Assembly: GCA_030704615.1 (NCBI GenBank)
Contig: CM060732.1
Span: 82,460,001 to 82,524,000 of the forward strand
Length of the DNA stretch: 64,000 nt
Reading direction: 5' to 3'
Source of the DNA: Takakia lepidozioides
Taxonomy: Eukaryota > Plantae > Bryophyta
The position numbers were made by a program, and so were the translations under genes. How positions within the stretch are numbered: position 1 is the stretch's first letter; the number at the start of each line of letters is the position of its first letter. This document shows, one piece after another, positions 36,155-48,978 of this stretch. The notes beneath the pieces are model-generated. The model ran no database searches, was not told the origin of the DNA, and saw only the letters and a program-made list of their open reading frames with translations.

Positions 36155-39100
36155 TGGGAAGCAGCCTTTCTCATGGGGAGGTTAGTTCTCGTGTGTGTGG
36201 CAAGAGAAGGTTTGTATGATGTTAAGTATGGAGGTATGATCTGTGGTGTAAAGAGTACCACCCTTGGACATCAATCTGACTTGGCCCTTTATCGCACCAT
36301 TGCTAGAGACTGTACCCCTGACAGCAGCAGTGAAGCACAACTGCAGACCTGTCACAAATCTCGAGTTTATATCCCACTTATTTAAGTACTCCACTCTTCC
36401 ACCCAGATTTCTTTCTCCCCTGGAAGCCACTCATACGCAAGTTTCTGATGCACATGATTTTGAATCCAAATCTTCTAACTTCAGAGCTTTTCACCTGGAA
36501 AAGCCTCCTACCGTCATGCTTTCTACCCCAGAGCTTTCACCATGTGCTTCTTCCCAAAGGCCACCTAATTAGTACTCTATCAGCTCCAATTTTCAACCTC
36601 CACTAAATCCCGAGTTGGGGAGGGGGGGAGGTGAACTTAAGACTCCCCTTACTGTAGGTCACCATGTCTCACAAATGGCATTCATCCCCTGAAATCAGTC
36701 CCTCAGTATTCTGCTCCAAGGTCAGCAGTGCTATGGGAGGGTGACCTAGCCATGTTGCATTTTAGAGTAAATCTTGGAGTGTTTGAGCTCACTGCATCGG
36801 CCTATGCTCACTTGGAGCTAGGCAGCCGTGGCAGCTGATTGATGCTCAAGGGTGGATCTGCTGTTGCAAAGGCCAAACATGCATGCTGGGTCGTACAGTG
36901 TCTTCCATTGCAAGCTGCGACTTTAAAACGTAATCTAGTCCAAGGTTGATTCTACTCTTTACACCACAGCAATAAATTTTTGAATAGTGAAAGATGCACT
37001 TCTGTGTGTAGTGTACAGCCATGAAGAGATCTGATCTCCTCTTGTGCCTTTTAGCTGTGTCTAGGTTTACGCTAGGCAAGAATAGAATGTCGACCGAGTG
37101 TACGACAATGTGCCAGGCTCATGTTAGATTGGATAAGCTCGGTGGAAAGTGAGGAAAGTTGTTTGTTACTGGTTTGGTGTTGTTCACACCGAGTTCAACA
37201 GGCTAGTCCGTGTTGGGTAGACAGAGTTACAATTGTGGTCTTTAAGCTAATTGAGCATTGAATTGTTACCTATTGTTCTCACATGACTCACTTTTTCCAG
37301 CAGCCATTGTTTGAATGATGGGGTATCGATGGCTTGAATGAGCTTTCAATAGGAGTTCATAGTATCAATATATCTATTGATACTTTTAAGCCAACATAAC
37401 AGAAGAGCAGCTGGTTTACAATTTTGCTTGAAATCTGGTATCTGGTAGTTTATAATCTACTTTGGTGGTATAGACACATTCTGATTGAACCTCTCGCCAG
37501 ACCTCTGATTGAATCTCCTCCCTTCCCCTCCTGCCATAGCATTTGGGTTAGTAGTAATGGACAGCATAAGTGAAATCTAGTGATGAAGAGACTGCTCTAA
37601 ATCTCACATTGAAATGCTATCTGGCCGGTAACACAGTGTGTCGCTGACACATGCAAAAGATAAACAATTTACTGTCTCTTCCATTGTTTGAATTCGCTCT
37701 CAGAGTGTTTTATGTCAAATCTTGGTTGAACTAGTCTAGTTCACCAGCGAGGCTTCAAAATTCTCAAGCATGAACGCTGGAAACAGCTCACACCCTTCAG
37801 GAACTCAAGTACTACACCTCACATGAAATATGGGGCAAAGGAGTCTAGTACGATATTAAGTGCAAACGGTGGCCGTTGGACACCCTATTTTGGACGAAGA
37901 CGAAACAGGAATTTAGATGTTTTGGTGCAATGCTTGAAGTCCGCTAGAAAGACGTGTATCAGTTGTTCCGACACAGTGCATCAGTGACCTTTAGAAGTGA
38001 AATAGAATTTGAGCTTACCACAGCTCGAGAAACGGTGCTGTGCTCTGTAGTGGAGGGTATTGTGGCTAAGCAAGTGAAGCTGCTTGCGTAGTGGTCAAGT
38101 TGAGATGACATGACGGTGAATGGGCCAATTCCAGGCTTCATATGAAATCTCCAGGTTGCAACTGAAGTGCAATTTTAATTTGGTATGTACAACTGTAAAT
38201 AGACGCTTCGGAGGGGAATCAGAGGTCTCTACATGAACAGTAGAGAAACGTAATTTCACATTGGCTGCACAGAACTTTAATGTCTAAAAAGATGTAAGGC
38301 AAGGTTACACCGATCGCAGGACGGAGGCTTTTACGAGAAACACAGCTGCATAGCCTTTGTTAGTATTGACTGCGTCTGGCCACTCTATATCTGCTCCAGT
38401 TCTTTTGCATGTCAGACACCATGTTGACAGTCTGAATACAGGTGCCTTGTGCATTCAAAACATCCAACAATCAGATTCTAGAGCTCTGCAATTTACTAGC
38501 TCTTGAAACATTTGAATGACATAAAAACTGATATAAGTATTAAGACAATTTCTGTTGAGGTCAAAGATTCGGATATAGTCCTTGTTGTTGGAGCATCCCG
38601 ATGATCGAAATACTTTGAAACATAGTTCATAAAGGAACTGCTTTCCCTCTGTTTCCAACTTGAGGAGAAACAAGCACAGTGATAGTCGATTGTGCCCGGA
38701 ACTTGGAACGTTAATTTTCAGCGCTGATCATGTCAAGATTCTAACCAAGTTCAGCTGGAGAGTGAACTGCCGTGGGGACGCGAGATTGCTTCGAGAGTAC
38801 ATATACCGGAAGCTTGTAACAATCTTTTGGCCGACTTAAAGCAAATTCGGAGACACTGATGAATCGACAACGGGGAAACTGGTCTGCTGATGTTACACCT
38901 GCAAATACTGCGGATGAATGAGTTCTCAGAATCTCAGGTTTACACTCTATAACCAGAAACTTGCATTCAAGAACAGGCTTGACGACAATCGGACGAAAGT
39001 ACTGATCTAAGAGATCGTCGAGGGCAGCTATGGCCGAGCATTCAAGAGAGAGACGACGCGTAAGAAAGCAAGAAAGCAAGAAAGGCAGACCGCGCAGTCC

Positions 39101-40310
39101 CGGTTTCCGGCGCGGTTTCGTCACAGCGCCGCGCGCGGTTTTAGCGTAATTACAGGCACTGATTTAGGCGCGCACAGCGGTTTGCAACCGCCAAACCACC
39201 CCAACAAAATCCAGCCTTTTCTTGGTGCCAAGCGCTACCGAGGTTTCTCATCCATATCCGCATCGAATTCATCCATCCCATCCTCCCAACCCGCTACAGA
39301 GTTGCCTCCAAAACACTGACCTGAGACCCACGTCCGCTTTCTTATTTAAACAGTGATCAAAATGGATGAACCTGGACGTAACTGACTTGGAAGATATCAT
39401 ACATCCATCCAGTCTACATTGACCGAACAGATGGACTAACCCTCTGGATGGATGATGCACCGTATTAATGGACGAACAAATGGTATATTAGTCAAACTGT
39501 ATACGTGGAAATAATCCATTGGTTAAAATACATGAAACCTAGGAAATGCTTGTATTTCAGCCAATGGTAGTTTGGAGATATCGCCGGAGGAGGTTATGGC
39601 GGTAAGCAATACCGGTCACCGGTTCCCAGGCCAGCCTGTCTCGCTAGGCGGGAACTTCAAACCAGCCGTCTGTTCCCGCCGTGTGAACGTTCAGAAATCA
39701 TCTCATTTCAGCCTGATAATTATTATGCACGTGTGAACGTACAGGCACCCAAACGTGCTTCGATTGGTTCAAAAATGGAAACCCCACAGTTTCATCCAAT
39801 GAGGAAATGAGCAACCAGAATGGGGTTGCGGGTGCGGGCAGTTGCCCCGATCCAAAAATGTGAAATCGAAACACGGCAGTCAACGCTCCAAGAATCTAGC
39901 ACAATTTGTTATGCTTGCTGCCCGATCCTGCAAATCCAACCTTAACAGTGTTTAGTGAAGGTTTATTATCAATTAAAGAACGATTAGTGAGGGGTAACTT
40001 GGTAAATAGCGAGGGTTCGTTCACATGAGGCAGGAAAGTGCAGGCTGCAACTGTCGTCAACCGAAGGGCTTGGCGCGCTTCCTTTGATAAACAGCGCGAG
40101 CGATCGAGCGAGGCAGCCATGGCCAATAAAAGACTATCCACACACACCACACTCCAGCGAGCTTCTCACTCGCTCTGCCGGCACATCGCTCTCCGTCTCT
40201 CTCTCTCTCACTCTCTCCTGCTCTTGCTCCATCATTCGCGTTCTTTCGTGATCAGAAATTCTCACTCAGAAGTCTTTCGCAATCAGCTTTCTATTGTATG
40301 GATTTGAACT

Positions 40311-40698
40311 GTGTTCAAGATTGAGAGTTTAGGCGTCTTGCTGCATAAGGATTTACAGATGCTGTGAGAGAAATACGGCGAGTTCATAGCATGCATTCCT
40401 TCTATGAGTAGAAGCCGAAAAAAGTTTGGATTTTTTCTGCGAAACTTTCGTTCAAGATAGAGAGTTACGGCCTCTTGCTCTAGGATTTGCAGATACTGTG
40501 AAAGATATACCGTACGGCGAGTTCAGAGCACGCATTTCTTCTATCTGTAGCAGACCGAAAAAGTCTGAATTTGTGCTGCGACACTCTTGTTCAAGATTGA
40601 GAGTCAAGGTGTAGGATTCGCAGATACTGTGAAAGACAACACGGCGAGTTCAGAGCACGCATTCTTTCTACGAGTAGAAGCCGGAAGAAGTCCGAAAC
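40311..40698 (+). repeat. Three diverged ~110-140 bp tandem repeats upstream of the second expansin
   Basis: GTTCAAGAT.GAGAGT...CAGAT.CTGTGA...ACGGCGAGTTCA.AGCA.GCATT...GTAG.AG.CG.A at about 40312, 40450 and 40588. Confidence 0.8.
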
Positions 40699-41403
40699 GC
40701 TGAAAAGCTGCATGTTACTGTAGGGTGCAAAGACAGCCAATTGATCGCTCTTATATATTTCAAGTGGATGCTGTAATGCAACCGGTAATCTCGCCGAGTT
40801 CCCGTTCTTGACCTTCCTCCCTCCAGACCTCCCACTGGCTCCACTGTTCTTCTCCTCCGAGAAGTAACTTTTTGGAGAGTTTCTGTGATAATTTTTCCAC
40901 TCAAACGCAAGTCTCTGTCTGCCTGTCTGTCGCTCCCTTCATCTCCTACTCACTAATGTACGAGCTATTTGTCAACACGGATCAATAAGCTTGAACGTTC
41001 TTGATGTCGTTTGGAGCATCCGATTGACTGCACATCAGTAGAAAAAGATCCCGTACAGCTCCCTGAGATGTTGCAATGCCAGAACCAGCAATTTGGCTTA
41101 ACTAGTAATGTTCATAATAAATCCTGAGGCCCTTGCTACTCCTTCACCTCTTCAGTGCCCTGACATCAATTGGAGGAGGCTCATACAACTGCACTGCATC
41201 CCGATACACTACAGCAAGACCGGAGCTTGTGAACCACACAAAACCTTCGTATATATGGCAATAGCCGAGTATTAGCCCAGGGAACTTGCAAGCTTGTCAT
41301 TCTCCTGCTAGCTCAATTACAACTCTTGGTGTTCAAATGCATACTCCTGCCTTGCTATTAAAATGAACTCCATTAAACAGCAAGTCAAAATACTAAAGCT
41401 GTG

Positions 41404-42807
41404 ATGTTCTCAATGGCGCAGCAGATCACACACGTACGCCTTTCAGCAACGCGACAGACAATGGCAAAGCACACAAGGGAAGCGATGGTGCTCATGCTGA
41501 TCGTGTTGCTCTTGTCAACTCCGGTGGAGGTGCAGGGCCGTAGACATTCGAGGGGAAATCCTAGATGGCGGAAAGCGCATGCCACCTTCTATGGTGGTGC
41601 AGATGCATCAGGCACCATGGGTACTACGCCTGGACCCCTCTCAAAGCATATGCAAGGCCAGCCATGTGTTAACTAGGAATGCAATGACCCTGCAAGCTTG
41701 CACATTAACCAGCCTAAATTTCGTTCTGTATAATGCCATACACAACATCCCCCGAGACTGCCATACTGATCAATACAATAACCTCGCCTCTAATTACTAC
41801 TTCTGGTGTCACATGTTTTCGCTCAAGCGAAGCTGCAGGTTAATCACATAGCAGTACAAATCAACTACAAGATAATATATCACCTGATGGATTTGAAGTA
41901 TTTGGTATGCAGGAGGGGCTTGCGGTTACGGAAATCTCTATAGCCAAGGCTATGGGACTGAATCAACAGCCTTGAGTACTGCTCTCTTCAACAGTGGGGC
42001 CAAATGTGGAGCTTGCTATGCAATCATGTGTCATCAGTCCAAAAATTGCTTCCCAGGCTCGCCCGTTATCCATGTTACCGCCACTAACTTCTGTCCCCCT
42101 AACCTTGCCCAGCCAAACGACGATGGAGGATGGTGCAACCCGCCCAGGCGCCATTTTGATCTCTCGCAGCCTGTGTTCTCGCGGATTGCTGAATGGCGGG
42201 CCGGCATTATCCCGGTTCTTTTCAGAAGGTATATTCGTGTTCTAAAGTATCTAGGACTAGATCATAAATGTCGCTCATGGAGTTGCAAACTGATCTCTAG
42301 GTTCGATTCCAATCTCGTTTTATTGTGTGGCTGGATAGTCTTGTCTGGATCGCCCCACACCTTGAAATTCAGCTTATGCTCTCTTTGTCAAAGGCGTCAA
42401 CTGTTCATCGAGACTTCCATAATCTCCAGACGTCTTTGAATGCTTCAATCTCTTGCTTTGTGCACAGCTAAGAATAAAATTGTTGGTGTACCAACAGGGT
42501 ACCATGTGTGAAGAATGGTGGAATTCGCTATACAATCAATGGCAACAAATACTTCAACCTAATCACCATCACCAATGTGGGTGGGGTCGGCGATGTGCAA
42601 GCTGTGGCCATCAAGGGTAGCAACACCGACTGGGAACCCATGAGCCGAAATTGGGGAATGAAGTGGCAGAGCAACACTATTTTACTAGACCAGACCCTCT
42701 CCTTCCGCGTCACAACCAGCGATGGCAAGACTGTCACTTCCATGGACGTAACTCCTCCCAACTGGAATTTCGGCCAAACGTTTGAAGGCGGTCAATTCCA
42801 GTACTGA
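41404..42807 (+). CDS. Alpha-expansin (EXPA family), intact; exons ~41404/41461-41620, 41913-42228, 42498-42807
   Basis: Hydrophobic signal, [60 protein letters not shown]; the start codon is ambiguous. Confidence 0.95.
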
Positions 42808-43869
42808 GAAGTACAGACTTTTTGACAGATTTAGGAGAGTTCTACTTCTGGTGAAGAAAATGAGTCTGCAGTACTGGGCTGCCAAACCTCCAGCGACCGA
42901 CATCGATCCTCCATTGAACAACCATGACGAAGCTCAGGTCAACACTGTAGCTTGGATCACAGGCTGCCCACTTATGCGAGCCTAAGCATACATGCCACAC
43001 CCCATGAGCATGCATTTCCAATTATACTGGTCAAGCTTGCGAATCTCAAGTCACCACAGTTGAATCCATGATAAGCCAGAATCAATTTTTCACTTTGGCA
43101 ATTTTGCAGGGCCTTGCAGAGGTGTGCTTATTACTCTGGTGAGCCCGGCCGCCCGCTAGTCCCTACGTTGCAGCCACTCGCATTTCTGGACACTCTGTAA
43201 CATGAGGAAGATGTTCAAATACGAACAACATGCCAGCAGACCTTGGTTAGGCCCTGGTTACTGTCGGACTGGTACATTAGAGCCACAAGTTCCTGGGTCA
43301 GTGAACTGGGAAGAAACTTTGCTCTATCAAGCTGACTCCAGCTGCAGTGTAAGTTACGTATCAGAGAGGAGGGCACTGGTAACCTATGAGCCTTTGTACA
43401 TACATCTGTATTCCCACGTATACTACTTCAGACCATACTTTCCAACACTATTGGAACTTGTTATTACTCTCCGTGCCTCTCCGTTCAAGACGAGAGCACA
43501 CCAAGTGAGGTAGAGAAGTGCCATAGCAATATGTAGGTAACTCACATCCACAGCAAATTCAAGTGATAGTCAATGAACTCAAAGCCCACGGTCAGGTGAT
43601 TCAATACTGCAATTCATCTCAAGATGAGCACCCCTTGGGATCCTGCGATTTGAGCATGGTGTTTCACAGTCATGCCAACACCCAAACAATACAGACTCTT
43701 TGCTTGCACATGCATTATATACTTATGCAAGAAAGACACACAGTTTCCTACTGATACTGCAAAGGGACAATCATCAAATGATGCAATCTGCTGTCTCAGG
43801 GAGAACTCATCAAAACATGAAATTTTGGTCTGACATGAAGGAGGGCAAGAAGACACGACAGATGAAAAT

Positions 43870-45291
43870 TCATGAGATTTCACCGGTTACAACATTGTAG
43901 ATTTGTGTGCCCACACCCAAACCACTAACAATGCCTGCCATGATCAGCATTGTCCAGGCAAGTGGCCGGTTCTCTCGGTCCAGCTTTCTACCTTCTGATT
44001 TTGATCTGATTACCAGAAGTGCTGGAAAAATAAATCCTAGGGAAAGCCCTGTAGTGGCCCCTGTGAATTGGAAAGCAATCCATATGTTCGGCACCACTGT
44101 TGACCCAACAAATATTGAAGTCAATAGAACAAACGTGAGTAGTGCAAATCTTAGTCTGCTCTCTGACAATGGAGGCACTGAGGGAAAGAGAATGGCATCA
44201 ACTGTCTGCCTCAGCGAAAAATGTATAATGGGAAAGACAAGCATAAGGTGAAGAGCATAGCCAATTCGTATCACATCATCCAAGATGTTGCTGAATGGGA
44301 TCCCCAGGTTTGTATCAAAGTTGGAGAGGACATCTGCGGCTGTAGCATCTCCAAAGAGCAGGTAGCCTGAAAGGGCTGTGGCCATATACACCAGCACACA
44401 CAGAGCAATGGTGATTCTCCCCACTCTGTACATTTTGGCTGGTGTGCGCTCCCGCAGTTCCAAGTAAATGGGGGGTACATTGAAGTTGCAGACGTAGGCA
44501 TTCGTCATGATGGGTATTACAGTCAAAAGCTCTAAAATTGATCGCTTAGATCCAAACGACGGTAGCATTCGTGGCATTGGAATCTTCCCCTCCACCAGCT
44601 TCACAAATGCAATAGCTGACGCAAGAAACACAAAAACAAGGGCTAATACCACAGACACCGCAGATGAAAACTTGAGGGAGTCAATCCTCTTCAGCAGTGC
44701 CAGGGGCATAAGCACTATCACCATTGTTATCAGCAAAACAAGCTTGCGATTGGTCCACCACCCAGCACCCCCAGCCCACTCCTCAAACAGGCCCGGGTGA
44801 TTTGGGGAGCCTGAGAGAACATCCCCCAGGATAATCAGATACACAATGAGTATGCCTGCATTGTTAATGATGATGCAAAGCTGTGCAACCACCCGTCCTG
44901 CCCAACCACACGCCCCCCCAACCATATCTCCATATGACCAAACCTTCATGAGCGCCAGGAAGTGCACAACTATTTCAAGACTGAGCTCTGAGAGGACACC
45001 CATAATAAGTATGAGAAGAAGGCCAATAGGCACACCGAGTACCCTCATGGTGGCAGGGAGTGCCATAATACCCGCACCAATAATTGTGGTTGTGAGATTG
45101 AATACTGCACTTCCAACACTAGCTCCAGCAATGTCTGTCCTATCATATTTGTCCTCTTTACTCTCCAGTCTGCCTTCATTCCCTGCGTCTGAGTACAGAC
45201 TGTCTCTTGGGAGCAAAGGCCGCTCATCCACTGGCACTTTGACAGAATTTTGGGGAATTACAATCGGCGGCAGACCTGGTCCAATGGGGAA
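43870..45291 (-). CDS. Amino acid transporter, AVT6-like (Aa_trans family); N-terminus unresolved
   Basis: Open 455-aa multi-TM frame: AVFNLTTTIIGAGIMALPA, IIINNAG, DSLKFSSA, NAYVCNFNV, GYLLFG, FQFTGAT. Confidence 0.9.
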   Translation of the reverse strand, partial: FPIGPGLPPIVIPQNSVKVPVDERPLLPRDSLYSDAGNEGRLESKEDKYDRTDIAGASVGSAVFNLTTTIIGAGIMALPATMRVLGVPIGLLLILIMGVLSELSLEIVVHFLALMKVWSYGDMVGGACGWAGRVVAQLCIIINNAGILIVYLIILGDVLSGSPNHPGLFEEWAGGAGWWTNRKLVLLITMVIVLMPLALLKRIDSLKFSSAVSVVLALVFVFLASAIAFVKLVEGKIPMPRMLPSFGSKRSILELLTVIPIMTNAYVCNFNVPPIYLELRERTPAKMYRVGRITIALCVLVYMATALSGYLLFGDATAADVLSNFDTNLGIPFSNILDDVIRIGYALHLMLVFPIIHFSLRQTVDAILFPSVPPLSESRLRFALLTFVLLTSIFVGSTVVPNIWIAFQFTGATTGLSLGFIFPALLVIRSKSEGRKLDRENRPLAWTMLIMAGIVSGLGVGTQIYNVVTGEIS

Positions 45292-46689
45292 CTGTTATGA
45301 TACTGAGCTCATAGACCATAACAAACAAAAGAGTTGGAACGAGAGAGTTGGAGCATAAAATAAGCATTGTACTACCAATCACCTCAATTGCGTCGTCCTA
45401 GCACAAGCAATACCTTTCCATAGTCAGACAAATCCAAACATATCTGTTGGTAGAGGAGGCTAAGAAACCACACAAAAATCTTGGAATGGTTATAAACAGC
45501 ATCCCTGGCAACCACAGTGAAGCTAGTAACTGTAACTTCACACTCCATTTTACTACCCAACAAAGTAGGGATGATTGAGGCAAGAAGAAAGACACCTTGG
45601 CCTCCAGTCCTCGACATCATAGACATGTTTAAACCTCAACAGAGAATCATAGATGAGGAGGTTACAGAAGAGACTGGCGGCTCACATATGTAGGACTATT
45701 TTGTCCAGATTCTGCCCTCTCTCTGAAGTAAACTTTTGCACTATCTACCACCGGGCCTCACTAGACCAGCCCAGATCCAAATACAGAAACAAGACTTTGC
45801 AGAGGTTACACCCTTGACCTAGAATGCTCTGTTACTTGTTCGCTGGACAAAATGAATGATGCAGATGGAAGAGTGCGAATGGAAGTGAGATCGGAAAACA
45901 AACTCTTCATGAAACTCTTCATGTTCATGTAGTGAGAGGTCAGTTCTTAATGTGTGGAGTCAGACTTCCTGAACAAAGGTTCGAAACTGACCTGGTGACA
46001 GGTCTTGCACTTGATAGGCGGGTGCAACTTGCTTTGCAGTCGCCCCATTCAAAAGGAGCGACAAATCGTGGGAAGTGTGAGGGTAAAGAGGGAGAGACTT
46101 GGGATCCAGAACACCTGTTTCTGATTCATGTTTTGTCGCGCCAGGACTGGAGGGTTGATGACCTTGCAGACGCGATGATGGGGTAGATTTGAGCACCTCA
46201 AGGTCATACTGCTGCAGCTCCAGCGACGAATACTTTTCCGCCTCCTTTGAGCGGTGATGTGATTGCATGCCTCTCAACAGCCTGCAAAGTTTAATCGATC
46301 CCTTGACCAACCGGATCGTGAAGCTGGAGATGCATTGACACCTTCAAACTCGTTCCAAAGAAGATTAAACCAAGTGACGAATTCAGTTTCACATCTGGTT
46401 CGCAAGACTATCATGTGTCTGGAGCGCAACGACACAGGAGTGTAGGCTGCAGGAGCAAGCAGAAATGCGATGATATGCAGGGGCCTAGTACAAGAGAGAT
46501 GGCAGATGCTCCGGCGCGAGAAAGAAGCAGCGAGATGGGGCAACAACACGTCGTGATTTATTTTTTATTTTTGGGGGGTGGGGGGATTTGTCTCTTCTCA
46601 ACATAACCTCGCCGGATACTAACATATTTTGTAAATAAAGTTATACGTATAAAATTGTAAATAACATTTGAAAAAAATTAATCTTTTTC

Positions 46690-46870
46690 TTAGTTTCAAA
46701 CTATGGCCTCTGCCTGGCCTCATCCTGCTGTCACCCCTGTTCACTGCTTGTTACTGGGTTGTGCCCCATGCGGTATGCTTTTACGGCCTTCTCTTTCACA
46801 CTTTTATTAATAAATTTCTCTCAGGGCAACTGTCCCCTGTTGGTAAGAAAATAAATATATATATAAAAAT
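46690..46870 (+). mobile_element. LINE 3'-end stub
   Basis: AATAAA, CAGGG-N8-CCCTG stem (46822-46839) and an A/T-rich tail, as at the 3' end of the LINE at 32.2 kb. Confidence 0.5.
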
Positions 46871-47128
46871 AAAAAGGGGAAGAAGCCCTGCTTAAGGTAT
46901 CATGGAAAAAATAACCATGAGACAAGGCCATGAAGGCTTAGGCTTCTACTGAAGGAGACTTCGAAAAAAACAGGAGTCAACCCCCAAGTAAGCGTCTCAC
47001 GGGAGACCGCCAAAGACATACAACAAAGATTAGGAGAGATCCTGCATAGCCCAGGTTGGAGCAACATGCCATCAGACCTTCAACAAGATCCCGTCCCTGG
47101 GTGTTCTTCCATGGGTGCCTAACCCAAA
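46862..47128 (-). mobile_element. LINE 3'-end stub, tail-to-tail with the previous one
   Basis: The minus strand reads AAGCCTTCATGGC...CAGGGCTTCTTCCCCTTTTT, nearly the same as the stub end at 59590-59665. Confidence 0.5.
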
Positions 47129-47130
47129 GC

Positions 47131-47203
47131 ATATGTATAGCTTCGTTGGTAGAGCATTAGGTTTTTAACTTAATGGTCGCAGGTTCAAATCTTGTTATAC
47201 CCA
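47131..47203 (+). pseudogene. trnK: Mitochondrial-type tRNA-Lys(UUU) pseudogene (likely NUMT)
   Basis: ...TGTATAGCTTCGTTGGTAGAGCATTAGGTTTTTAACTTAATGGTCGCAGGTTCAAATCTTGTTATACCCA matches the plant mitochondrial trnK-UUU pattern, with several C>T/G>A changes and a broken acceptor stem. Confidence 0.75.
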
Positions 47204-48978
47204 AATCTTTTTATATAAGTTCTCCGTGATTTATTAATTATGGCAGTTCATATACACATCCAAATATAACATGGACTAGGAGAGTAGGGGTGCAGCTCTG
47301 TGGCCCGCTCGGGCCCGAGAATAGGTATCCACTCCCTTCTCAAGGAACTGTACGTGACACTCTCACGTCATACGGCTCCGTTCCGGGAATCTTGAGTCTC
47401 CCGCGCCTAGGTCTTCGAACCCCTAGGGCCTCGCATGGATGTCTCAGTGTTGATTGGCACGGAGTGGGAAAAATATATATATTATTATTATTCGACCTCC
47501 TCTCGGAATCAAGGTTACATCACGGAGTGACCCTATTTCAATGTTGTTAAGCCTTCATGTCACCTTCAAGTTATTTTTTCCTCTTAATTTGAGTAACGAG
47601 GCTAGTAAAAAGCAAAACTGAGAGGTCCGACCCGGACAGACAAGAACTCGGACCTCTCAGACAAGAACTAGAACTTAGAACATCAGCTCCATCTTGAATT
47701 TGTGATCTCGAAGGCACGGCGGTGACGCCAGCTGCAGTCACCCTCCTCCCCCTCAACAGGAGACTTCCCATTACGAGGGGATGAAGTCATTCCACTGAAA
47801 GTTTATGTTGGATGTGCAGGTGTTGAAAACGCCACCCTTGTCCTGGGAGAGATCAAATCCCTCGTAAAGCTGCATCTTGTGCTTCTCTGAAATTCTCGAA
47901 AGAGTTGCACACATTGAAGCCCAAGCTTTTCATCCCTCAGTCAACAAATCAAAGTAAATTTTAAACAAAAAAGATTTGAGACTGGGGCTTTTCCCTCATA
48001 CATATGAGAGCATGTGGTTTTCAAGCCTACCATAGCGAGTGTGATATGAGGCATGCCCATATTGGGCAGCTAGGCATTGTCTTTCATGCCTTAGGGTTAA
48101 GCAATAGAAAAATTGTGCACGATGGGCAGGCAGAATTTTCCAATTGGAATAGAATGCAATTACCATCCTCCACATCCTACAAATTCTAGGGCACTATGTT
48201 AAACAATGTTCAATCATATTTCGTGTTGTCCCATACAGACAATGCAAGTGGGATCATCAATGACCGGGAGAATTCTATAAGCAATTTTTCGAAGGAAGGC
48301 AGGTATACGTGCCGTCCTGTCTTTTCTTCACATATCTTTCCATATGAACATATAGGTATCAGAATCAAATTGGTGATCAAGCCACTTTGTGTTACCATCT
48401 AGCCATGAAAGACATAGCCGCGAGTATCCAATTTCACCAAATAAGCCAGAAATTAAGTGTGACCATGGTTCCCATGACCACTCTCCTAGATCAAACTGCA
48501 ATTAATCTAGTTAGGACAAAGTAAGGAGTCAGTTAAAGCATGAGTGACTAGCATACTGTAACTCTTATCCTTGAAGAGCCAGAGGATTGGGATTCCTACT
48601 ATCATCAATTACCCGAATGTGATATAGCTGCGAGCAATCCCGGTGAGTACTTCAGGTGACCGCTAGAGTGCCTGAGGACTCGACCTGAAATCCAATTTCT
48701 GACGTTGTTGTTCCCTAATTTATTGACAGAATGAGAATTGCTGATGGAGGATGAAGGAGATAGCAACCCACCCAGGTTGGTAAAATCCATGGGGCATTCC
48801 TACTCGAAGTAAGGGAATTATGCAGGAAGGAATCTTGGACTTGATGTACGATGCCAAGAGAGATCAGATGTGCGTCTATTACATGTACATGCAACACAAA
48901 TGAATTGAGCCGATGTACTTCACCACTATCAGCGTTAGATTAATGTATGAACTCCCATAAAATAAGATGGACCATTAT

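Noticed and set aside
36400-39500. Additional gene between the two expansins
   Set aside because: Only short ORFs without recognisable motifs; no exon chain can be supported from sequence alone.
43907-45358. Plus-strand ORFs overlapping the transporter
   Set aside because: They are antisense shadows of the AVT6-like CDS; the same applies to antisense ORFs over the pol genes.
47131-47203. Functional nuclear tRNA-Lys
   Set aside because: The acceptor stem 5' strand is mutated (ATATGTA versus TATACCC) and the D and T stems carry mismatches.
48000-48900. RT or phage-type polymerase fragments (MPxGLSN-like, HVIDAHL-like strings)
   Set aside because: The matches are too short and out of frame to support a call.
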